Shown: piece by piece, positions 58,301 to 64,000 of the stretch | How the letters are laid out: the number at the start of each line of letters is the position of its first letter | Numbering within the stretch: position 1 is the stretch's first letter | From: Candidatus Beckwithbacteria bacterium GW2011_GWC1_49_16 | Lineage (GTDB): Bacteria; Patescibacteriota; Microgenomatia; UBA1400; CG1-02-47-37 | DNA: 64,000 nt | Reading direction: 5' to 3' | NCBI GenBank assembly: GCA_001029675.1 | Contig: CP011210.1 | Coordinates: 128,193 to 192,192 of the forward strand | Program-made: the position numbers and the translations under genes | Notes under the pieces: model-generated | The model's input: the letters and a program-made list of their open reading frames with translations, nothing else | Databases searched by the model: none | What the model was told of the DNA's origin: nothing

Positions 58301-59950
58301 TCGATCGGTGCTGGCGTCAATAGAAAGAGTATTGGAATCAAAATTCAAGGCATCGGCGGCGGCGTTTAAGGTGACGTCGACGGTTTGGTTAGAGAGGTCA
58401 ATTACGCCCGTGTTAATAGCCAAGTTGCCGGTGGTAGAGCCACCTAGCGTTAAGGTTTGGGCATTGGTGGTGCCCAGGTTGCCCAAGCCGGTCAGAAAAG
58501 CAGCGTTGTTGCCGGAACTGGCGGAGATAGTGGCGGTGGGGGTGCCGGAGTTGACGTTGATGAAGCCGAATTTGGCAGAGGCGGTGGCGGTGTTGCCGAT
58601 CAAAACATCCAGAGTGTCATTTATGGGGGATAAAGCGCCCTCGCTGAGGCGCCAGTAGACAGTGCCGCCGCCGGTATCATCGCTGCCGCAGGTTAAAATG
58701 CCGGAACCATCGGTTTCGAGTGCTGTGCAGGTAATAAAATCGGTTAGGATAATGTCGTCAACGGCGTTTAAGGTAATATCAGAGCCAGCGCCGGTGGTTT
58801 GCAGGGTGAGAGAAGAACCGTCGATGGTGATGGCGTCGCCGCCATCACCTAAAGTGACCGCGCCATCAGCGTCTAAAGCCCCGGCAATATAGGTGGCTCC
58901 GGTCCGGCCAACCGTAAACACCTCTGTTTCTGAGGCGCCGGAGGAGAGGTTTAACAGGTCTCCGGTGGCGGTGTCGTTGCCGACGTAGCCGGAAATTAAG
59001 TGGCCGGAGGTGAGAGAAGCGTTGGTAGCGCGGATAAAGTTAGTCGAGGTGGTAGAGCCGGTGAGCAGCAGTTGGCCGGTGCCGTCAGGGGCGATGGTGA
59101 TGGCGCCGTTGGTGCCGGTGTCGGTGACGATCGATAAGGCTTGGCCTTTGATGGCAAAGGTGCCCGAGGTGGAGTAGACCTGGGGGTTGGCGGCGGCAAT
59201 GACCAGGTCGCCCTCTTGGGTTAAGACCGGGATTTGGTCGGCCGAGGCCGAGGCCGAAGGAGGGAAGCCCCGCAAAGTCTCGGCGTTTAAGGCATAGGCG
59301 ACGGTGGCGATTTGCTGGCGCGGGGTGGCCTCAGGGTCGGTCTCGACGGTGACTCCCAGCCAGAGGTCGGCGTTTTCGGTAAAGACACTGGAGGCGATAG
59401 AGGTTTCAGTGCCCAAAAGGACCGAGAAGATGCCGTCTTGGTCGGGGTCGAGGTAGCGCTGCTCCTCCCAAAGTTTAGCCGAGCCGGAGGCGGTTTCGTC
59501 GTCGTAAATGATAAACCTAAAGTCGGTGGGCACGGTGATGGGGTTGTCGGAAGTGTCGGTCAGCCGGGCCTGAAATGACAGGTAGCGGTTGGGAGTAGTG
59601 GGGCTGGGAGCTTGGGGGTAGGCTTGGCCGAGGAAGACCTCCTGGAAAATTTGTTTGTAGCCAAAGATGCCTAAAGCCACGGCAAACAGGACCAAAAGGG
59701 ATAGGTTGAGGTAGCTGGCGATGCTTAAAGAGTGGTATTTTTGGTAGAGTTTGCCAAAGCTGATACCTTTTGACCTAGTTTGTATGAGTTTTCTAGAGGG
59801 GGGGTGAGGGTAGTGGTGTTTGGCCCAGGCAGAAAAGCGGTTGAGTGAAGAAATTTTGCGTTTAATGGTGGCTGATGGAACCTTTTGGGCCGCCAAATGC
59901 TTTTTATAGCGGGAAATGAGCTTTTTACTGGTAAGAGTAGTCAGGTCCAT
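52307..59950 (-). CDS. giant membrane-anchored surface protein (2,547 aa)
   Basis: A single uninterrupted ORF. The N-terminal 50 aa forms a cytoplasmic SAM-like segment. One TM helix (LSIASYLNLSLLVLFAVALGIFGY). Then a Thr/Gly/Ser-rich repetitive beta-rich ectodomain with three poly-Gly tracts. Confidence 0.8.
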   Translation of the reverse strand: MDLTTLTSKKLISRYKKHLAAQKVPSATIKRKISSLNRFSAWAKHHYPHPPSRKLIQTRSKGISFGKLYQKYHSLSIASYLNLSLLVLFAVALGIFGYKQIFQEVFLGQAYPQAPSPTTPNRYLSFQARLTDTSDNPITVPTDFRFIIYDDETASGSAKLWEEQRYLDPDQDGIFSVLLGTETSIASSVFTENADLWLGVTVETDPEATPRQQIATVAYALNAETLRGFPPSASASADQIPVLTQEGDLVIAAANPQVYSTSGTFAIKGQALSIVTDTGTNGAITIAPDGTGQLLLTGSTTSTNFIRATNASLTSGHLISGYVGNDTATGDLLNLSSGASETEVFTVGRTGATYIAGALDADGAVTLGDGGDAITIDGSSLTLQTTGAGSDITLNAVDDIILTDFITCTALETDGSGILTCGSDDTGGGTVYWRLSEGALSPINDTLDVLIGNTATASAKFGFINVNSGTPTATISASSGNNAAFLTGLGNLGTTNAQTLTLGGSTTGNLAINTGVIDLSNQTVDVTLNAAADALNFDSNTLSIDASTDRVGIGTADPISNLEIESTGGPTLTLSRNDITVLSGEVIGTLSFYSNDSTLTSNTAGYIRVLAEGNFGNTRPSSRMDFFTDNASGDAGAVKMTLDGAGQLGLRTTTPGINSSSEPAITLVDTSDSLNGSYLEFSKTSNNIADGKRIGMISFHAGSANNTIASIYTLVEGTSENSGELYFTTMNAGSSGIRMTLDENGNVGVGDSTPASLFTVGNGDLFQVNSSGQLSFTPGTTGTFTDYVLETEWTNGTLINADFAGATTQSGGDITGLSLNLNSNLTGATDLDVTGTNVQTPALTQSAANTTTYTGYNLSAAAALTQDTAAGTINWRGLNVTLPVITQTTGTVNADGVRVLVPASGAIVTGGTMSGLNIVAPTTSGPAAGNLYGLNIGALTSAGGATEYAINVGSGWDSVLRVNGTEVISSTGTIPVAQVSGTLFTAAGDSGGGQAITQGNTLTIAGGTNITTVDSATDTVTINLDDSITLAGTLAVNGDSITSDGNLDITPTGTLTLNSTGDMTLDSSGDIILDADGADIFFKDAATTFATWTQNAGSLKLALESNEHFLVQSNAGGDALVVIDQLGTGDLLTASASGVTKFRLDTNGYAYYQRYTDLADDTYYLDPAATGTSLIVAGNINILDSKHLYLGTGNDLDLYHDGTDSFIDNNTGNLTFISASDIFLQPDNDTGDYFTFSSDGTDLTLGTTDAANLTIAPASNGITMVQNNSGGAATLQVDQLGSGPIFTASASATTRMTLTNAGQLELVTDGSTAGLTIGVGEDLAFYHDGTDSFINNITNNLVITGDDDSASSQIRFTNEDNTETHMYIVTGTTNNGDISFDGNTLYVDDNVNSVGIGTNTPGQELDVSGDITLTGNIIGDSTDSLRLQAGGTTTGVAGNSSIFFLNSSGTVKGRFDTNDLTNDRYGDGGDGDIEVVTSGATGNQVNTPFNCSTTDGPDSDSNFDCEAIDITAAASYTNRVTVSDSSPNYTVGDHVIVIQMTGTGAGNYDIMEIDAIDSTNGIITFTANLQNDYQSTGAQVVRIPQYNDVTINSSTTFTASAWDSGTGVGGVLYIKANGTFINSGTVEGNELGYAGGTGGSGGSGGTGAANCSGTGSINGNDGTDGSDGTTGGGPSSSGGLGAGGDLGQHGSYLSGDAGGGGGAEAGGGGGGGAYGAASTAGTTGADGGSGAGPDGAGGTAEGTAGSADSARGNSTLSTLFMGGGGGGGGGGGGGGESACATISASANTAAGGAGSNGGNGGIGGGIVVISANTLTNSSTIRANGETPSNPSTATAGTDGSVGASGDRASGGGGGGGGGGGGGGGAGGTVWLISSNLTEGTYQATAGSGATGATGGNGGSCADVGALDAGGGGGGGKNGTGGGSGACNLGAGASGGADTGNGGAASAGRTLLSEYNGYGTLFAGKVNTTAADVAEYYVSGDPSIGAADVVVIGEVGTTDITEPDGTQKVVTEAVLHKADKPYDLQLLGVVSTEPGFVLGASDTASDSAKRAVALAGRVPVKISRASAPIMIGDALTSSSEPGKAMKATEPGQIIGKALEPWDPLNGGDRIMVFVNLGWYDPGIRLTDAGELDITAADPATDSATLTSYRLTDTLGNLITRATAYASATIAHVKAGLIEAKELAVDGAANVAGNLFANKIISPTVETDKLVTDFISPLADNGAITIEGPVVIAPSHPRESSSATPGSQLALDVQGTLVADRVVTDELIAGKIKAGQIEGLREKIADLAQKYRDQTLSAENLDTSDKDPNLQTTIYNLQTIEASASANLRLDSVEASFGFFSDYLAVLGQATITDLKVTNSLNLNDNLLLTSNSISSLDNTLYLQPSGVGAINLLAGLMTLDASGNVVINGNLTVTGNLIAEKVTANQGHFEELLTQNLVSTGSASFKEVTTEGLVIATATSEEATASSSIATNATAGKATLPAGLTEFTVFTPHVSADTLTYVTPIGDPQNQVLYVLAKKEKEWFKVAINKSLPYDLEFNWWIIRLEPQ

Positions 59951-60332
59951 AGTCAGATTGTTTCTTGGGGTGGGTTAGCGGTCAGGACTAACAAGTGATA
60001 ATAAATAAAAATCGGCATTTTAGCTTGATTTACAGCTTTAATTAAAGAAATCAGCGGCTCAAAAAACCGGCCTAACAGGGGTGAAAACATAATCGGTGAA
60101 AAGGGGCTATAGGTTGGGTTTGATACAAAAAAGCGGGGTAGGGCAGGTAAAAGCAGTTTTAGCGCTATAATTGTGTTATAGGTTATGTTTTTTGTAGAAA
60201 GTTTACCAAGTTTATGCGGAGAATTGGACAGATAATTAGCGTCTTGGCTATAGAAAATTTTTAGTTTCATAAGTGTAAAAGTTAAGGTGGTTATTAAAAT
60301 CAACGAATGTGAAAGTTTATTGTTATCTGTTA

Positions 60333-60872
60333 TTATGCTTGTTTTTGAGCCCATAGTAGATATGATTTTATGTCTGAAAGATAGTTTTTTATAGTCGACG
60401 GCGACAAGCTTTGATTTTCTAAATAATTTTTATATAGACCCATAATATCTTTCACTTTTGTGGCGGGGACTGATGAAAGTTTGTCGGTGGGGTCGGCTTC
60501 GGCGCGGCCGGTGGCAGCTAAAAATTCACCAAAACGTTTTAGCGACGAAAGGTGGCGGTTGGCGGTGGCGGCGGGGTATGAGTTTTGTAAAAATTGTTGG
60601 TAAGCGAGGCAAACGGCGGCGGTGATGTGACCGGCATTGATTATCTTTTCCTGGAGAGACTGACTAAGCCAGGTTAAGAAGCGGTTGACGTCGGACAGAT
60701 AGTTGGCGATTGACGAGGCGGAGAGGTTTTTTTGGCCTTCAAGGAAGCTTTTAAAGGCTTCAGCCAGGGGTTGGAGAGAGCCAGAGAGAGTCAGGATAGA
60801 GGCCGGAAGCGGCTGGGACAGTGATTGGGGCAGGGTTTTGGGGGTATGGTTGAGGTTAGATAAGGCAGGCAT
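60333..60872 (-). CDS. protein with two tandem integrase-N-terminal SAM-like (core-binding) domains, no catalytic domain
   Basis: LSASSIANYLSDVNRFLTWL..ANRHLSSLKRFGEFL and LSPSTIKNYLSDIKSYLLWA resemble the tyrosine-recombinase N-terminal domain. Confidence 0.5.
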   Translation of the reverse strand: MPALSNLNHTPKTLPQSLSQPLPASILTLSGSLQPLAEAFKSFLEGQKNLSASSIANYLSDVNRFLTWLSQSLQEKIINAGHITAAVCLAYQQFLQNSYPAATANRHLSSLKRFGEFLAATGRAEADPTDKLSSVPATKVKDIMGLYKNYLENQSLSPSTIKNYLSDIKSYLLWAQKQA

Positions 60873-61250
60873 AGGTTTAGCCTGCGTAGGCAGCCGGACA
60901 GACGCTGCCTACGCAGGCAGTAATAAAAAAGCTAGTAAGGCAGGCTTAGGGCCCAGCTAAGGGTTGCTAGGGCGGTAAGTAAGCTAATTAGGGCGGTAAA
61001 CTCCACCACCAGTTGAGCTGCCCTGTTGCGGAAAATGGCTTTGAGGTTTAACTTAATCGCTCTGGGCGGAGTCAGGATGATCGGCAGGGTGGGGAAAGCG
61101 GTGACGGTGGACATAATTTGCCTTTCTTTTCTCTACCTCTGTAATTAGATTAAATTACAAGAGATTATTTGATAACTTCTTGTTCTATACTAAGAAGAAA
61201 AAGAGCCTGTAAACAACAGACCAAAAAAGCAACTTTTTTACAGGCTTAAA

Positions 61251-61278
61251 TTTCTAATTTCTAATTTCTAATTGCTAA
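61251..61278. repeat. tandem repeat (TTCTAAT)x3
   Basis: tttctaatttctaatttctaattgctaa, in an AT-rich intergenic region. Confidence 0.7.
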
Positions 61279-61364
61279 AAATTATTTCATGTGGTTTTCA
61301 TGGGCAGTTGTTTGACTACATCAAAATATATAATTGTAATATTAACAATGTCGGCATCTGGCTT

Positions 61365-61406
61365 GTTTACGGATTACGGTTTACGGATTACGGTTTACGG
61401 ATTAAA
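61365..61406. repeat. 3 x 14-nt tandem repeat GTTTACGGATTACG immediately upstream of a promoter-like TTGACA
   Basis: Three direct copies with an internal 7-nt TACGGAT/TACGGTT alternation, followed by TTGACA at 61409-61414. Confidence 0.8.
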
Positions 61407-61466
61407 GCTTGACAGCCAAGATAGCGCAGTGTTATGGTGTAGTTAACTACAATTAAACAATGCGCT

Positions 61467-62240
61467 ATGCGAGAATTGAAGCTCAAACTACTTTTTTCCC
61501 TTGCCAGCGAGCAGGATTTTTTCCGCCTTAGCGAAGGTTATGATTACCGGCCTTACCGGCATCTTTACAGGCTTTTGAGCGAGTTTAGAGCCGGTTCGGT
61601 CAGGGACGCGGCAGTCAGGCTGGTTAAGGCAGGAATGATGGATAAAATCGTCAGAAACAGGCAGCCTTTGTTTCGCTTGACCAGCCTGGGTAGAGACCAG
61701 TTGTTGAAGAGTTTACCAAGATTCAAGGGGCAAAGAAAAGTCTGGGATAGGATCTGGCGGATAGTCATTTTTAAAGGGGTGGGAAGAGACGCCAGGCTGG
61801 CAGCCAGAAGGCTTATTAGCTTGGGGTACAAAAGGGTGGCCTCGGGGGTGTATTTGACGCCGCTGTCGGTGTCAGAGGAGACCAAGGAGCTAATTTTAGC
61901 TAAAACTTGGACAAAAGAGGCGTTTGTGATCGCTTCCCGTCGGTTTATTATCGGGGACGACTTTGAACTGGCTAAAAATTTGTGGGACCTGGATAAGAAA
62001 GCTCAAGAATATGCTGATTTTGTCAGTAGGGCCGAAACTCTGCTAAAAAAATCCAGGCGTAGTTTGATAGCCCTACAGCAGTCCAAAGGCGGCTTTAAAG
62101 ATGTCTTTGATGACTATTTTAGGTTGAATTTGACCGACCCGGGTTTGCCCAAGAAACTGCTGCCGCCGGATTGGCAAGAAGAGAAGGCCAGAGAGGTGTT
62201 TTTGCGCTTAGTGGAGCTGGCTAAAACCGCAAAAATCTAG
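61467..62240 (+). CDS. putative PaaX-like transcriptional regulator
   Basis: The N-terminal wHTH-like region and overall length resemble the PaaX family. Low confidence. Confidence 0.35.
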   Translation: MRELKLKLLFSLASEQDFFRLSEGYDYRPYRHLYRLLSEFRAGSVRDAAVRLVKAGMMDKIVRNRQPLFRLTSLGRDQLLKSLPRFKGQRKVWDRIWRIVIFKGVGRDARLAARRLISLGYKRVASGVYLTPLSVSEETKELILAKTWTKEAFVIASRRFIIGDDFELAKNLWDLDKKAQEYADFVSRAETLLKKSRRSLIALQQSKGGFKDVFDDYFRLNLTDPGLPKKLLPPDWQEEKAREVFLRLVELAKTAKI

Positions 62241-62244
62241 GAAA

Positions 62245-63375
62245 TCAAGATTGATATCTTTTGATATCTTTTGAATAGGTTCTGATGAGCCAGGCAATAA
62301 GGAATGTAGCCAAGAAGGTGAGACCGATGGTTATGAAGTGCGGGCGGGTCAAAGCCAGGTACAAAAGAATCAAGTCGGCCAGCCATAAAGGAATGAGGCT
62401 GGGGTTGGGCTGGCGTTTTCTTAAAAGATAAATCTGCCACAGTAGTAGCAGGATAATGATCCAGGGAAGGTAGAAGATGAAAGCGGCTCTTGCCGGGGCT
62501 AAAGGAAAGGCCTGGAGGATTTCCGGAAGAGTTGGCAGGCTCGGCCGGGGCAAAAAGGGCAGGCCGGGGAGGGTGATTTGGGGTAGGGGTGAGGGTAAAG
62601 AGATGACGATTGGGGGATAGGCCTGGCTTATTTCTAGGGTAAAAGGGGGCAGGGTAGCGGTGTTTCCTGGCGTATCAGACGAGGAAACGGTGACGGTGTA
62701 GCTGCCTGGAGGCAGAGCGTAGGGTGGGGCGAGGTTGAAGGAGCCGTCGGCGGCAACTAAGGTAGAAAAATTGACGCTTTTTGGGCCGACTAAAGAAATG
62801 GTGAGGGTAGCGTTGGCTTCGGACTGCCCCGCAAAACCCGGCTGGCGCTGGCTGGTAGTGAAGGTTAGGCCGGAAGGAATGGTGGAGTGGTCGAGTGACG
62901 ACAGGTTGGTGTCGTGTTCGGCTACCTGGCTGACCAGGATCAAGGGAGCGGTGACATCGATGGTAAAAACCCAGGTGGCCGAGTCGCGGCTAAGGGTGTT
63001 ACTGCCTATGGCTTTAATCATCCAGGTGTGCTGGCCTTCGGTTAACGCCGAGAGGGCCTGGGCGGCGATGGTGGTGTACGATTGGGGGATGTGGTCGGTG
63101 TTTTTTTTGCCGTCGAGCCAGAGTTGGTAGTGGGTGACAGAGGTTTCCCCCAAGGAGGGGTCGAAAATGAAGTTGGGGGCGCGGGTAGAGATGGTGGAGC
63201 CGTTTTCAGGCGAGATTAAGACAGGAATATCAGGCGGGTTAGTTTGGGGAACGGTGGCGGTGACGCTGGCCGAGCCGGATTGGGGGTTTTCCACGGCGAG
63301 AGCCGGAGAGAAATAGACGATGGCCGCGGCAGCAGCCATGATTACCCCCGTGGTGGTTTTACTCGACCAACTCAT
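62245..63375 (-). CDS. secreted/anchored surface protein with Ig-like beta domains and C-terminal TM helices
   Basis: Signal peptide MSWSSKTTTGVIMAAAAAIVYFSPALA. Thr/Ser-rich beta segments. A Pro-rich linker (LPGLPFLPRPSLPTLPEIL) followed by two hydrophobic helices. Confidence 0.5.
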   Translation of the reverse strand: MSWSSKTTTGVIMAAAAAIVYFSPALAVENPQSGSASVTATVPQTNPPDIPVLISPENGSTISTRAPNFIFDPSLGETSVTHYQLWLDGKKNTDHIPQSYTTIAAQALSALTEGQHTWMIKAIGSNTLSRDSATWVFTIDVTAPLILVSQVAEHDTNLSSLDHSTIPSGLTFTTSQRQPGFAGQSEANATLTISLVGPKSVNFSTLVAADGSFNLAPPYALPPGSYTVTVSSSDTPGNTATLPPFTLEISQAYPPIVISLPSPLPQITLPGLPFLPRPSLPTLPEILQAFPLAPARAAFIFYLPWIIILLLLWQIYLLRKRQPNPSLIPLWLADLILLYLALTRPHFITIGLTFLATFLIAWLIRTYSKDIKRYQS

Positions 63376-64000
63376 AGTAGGTGTTTTTTCCTTTACCCTT
63401 TCGGATAATTAACTTTAACCTGATGAGTCGGTTAAAATCCAGCGCCCGGGTAGCTTTAGCTCGTTTTACCAGTCTGGCATAGTCTTTATCGGTAATAAAC
63501 AGGTGGTTAGTCAGGTAATCAAGAATTTTCTGATGATGCAGTTCTAACCTGCTGTCGGGCGTTAAGTTGATTTGGGGCAGCAGTTTTTGGACTCTCAAGA
63601 GTTCATCGATAATGCCGGCAGTAAAGTATTCCAGCCAGCCGGTAAAGTCGATTTTGTCTTTGAGATAGTAGAAATCGCCTTTTTCGCCAACAATGTCAAA
63701 ATATTCGCTGACGTTTTGGTTGTAGTAGTTTTCAAAGCTGAATAAGTGAAAGGTGTTTAAACCTAAACTTGCCAGTAAGGCTTTGGTGGTGATTCTGGCG
63801 GTTCGGCCGTTGCCGTCCATAAAAGGATGAATCAGGACAATTTGTTTGTGGAAAATACCGGCGATGATTAAAGGGTCGGCGGCTGCTTGGTTTTTATTGA
63901 CAAAGGCGATTAGGTTTTTAACCAACGGTTTGACGTCGTTGGCGTCCGGCGGCAGAAAGACTACCTGGCCGGTTTTAGGGTTGTTAACCGTTACCGGCAG
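63359..64000 (-). CDS. Fic family protein, N-terminus beyond the window end
   Basis: Fic motif HPFMDGNGRTARIT and C-terminal wHTH (KGKGKNTYYELVE). The frame stays open to the window edge. Confidence 0.75.
   Translation of the reverse strand: MPVTVNNPKTGQVVFLPPDANDVKPLVKNLIAFVNKNQAAADPLIIAGIFHKQIVLIHPFMDGNGRTARITTKALLASLGLNTFHLFSFENYYNQNVSEYFDIVGEKGDFYYLKDKIDFTGWLEYFTAGIIDELLRVQKLLPQINLTPDSRLELHHQKILDYLTNHLFITDKDYARLVKRAKATRALDFNRLIRLKLIIRKGKGKNTYYELVE

Noticed and set aside
59953-60354. 133-aa ORF in the AT-rich gap between the SAM-like protein gene and the giant gene
   Set aside because: It has extremely AT-biased, low-complexity composition typical of a promoter/UTR region and overlaps the upstream gene end. 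It is probably not coding.
60878-60920. Perfect 15-bp inverted repeat GCCTGCGTAGGCAGC-cggacagac-GCTGCCTACGCAGGC between two minus-strand genes
   Set aside because: The T-run is on the wrong side of the hairpin for a minus-strand intrinsic terminator, and the plus strand has an A-run. I note it as an inverted repeat of unknown role rather than a terminator.
61249-61410. Possibility that the tandem repeats form a CRISPR array
   Set aside because: The units are 7-14 nt and directly abutting, with no spacers and no cas genes. They are simple tandem repeats. No CRISPR array is present anywhere in the window.

Overview
This 64-kb window looks like a chromosomal segment from a small-genome, CPR/Patescibacteria-like bacterium. 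GC is about 50%, with several AT-rich islands. I infer the lineage from gene content and rRNA features, not from any search.

The backbone is housekeeping and salvage genes: GMP reductase/IMPDH-family, three phosphoribosyltransferases, Pth, acylphosphatase, archaeal-type UMP kinase, ATP-dependent DNA ligase, endonuclease Q, RadA, Rho, Obg, MnmA, ribosomal protein S1, and a TrxA/TrxB/DsbA cluster under a CsoR/RcnR-family repressor.

A complete rRNA operon sits in the middle: 16S, tRNA-Ile, tRNA-Ala, 23S, 5S. The boxB-boxA leader is duplicated ahead of both 16S and 23S. The 23S gene carries a group I intron with a LAGLIDADG homing endonuclease. The 16S-23S spacer carries an inserted protein-coding gene flanked by a duplicated tRNA-Ile 3' end.

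Other blocks:
- a Ca2+-type P-type ATPase with a CaCA exchanger;
- a 7TM / ATP-grasp / retropepsin-like amidoligase cluster;
- a sortase with a PETG-anchored, Ser-Pro-rich substrate;
- a DNA-uptake-like locus: three tandem type IV pilins, DprA, ComM, RadA;
- two Fic proteins;
- an AbiEii-like nucleotidyltransferase cassette inserted at the ligase 3' end;
- a 2,547-aa membrane-anchored giant surface protein preceded by integrase-SAM-like domain proteins.

The most unusual signal is a family of 36-38 nt palindromic elements (arms CACTCCCGGAGTG / CACCTCCGAGGTG) inserted in frame inside at least six conserved housekeeping genes, analogous to Rickettsia RPEs. No CRISPR array was found.
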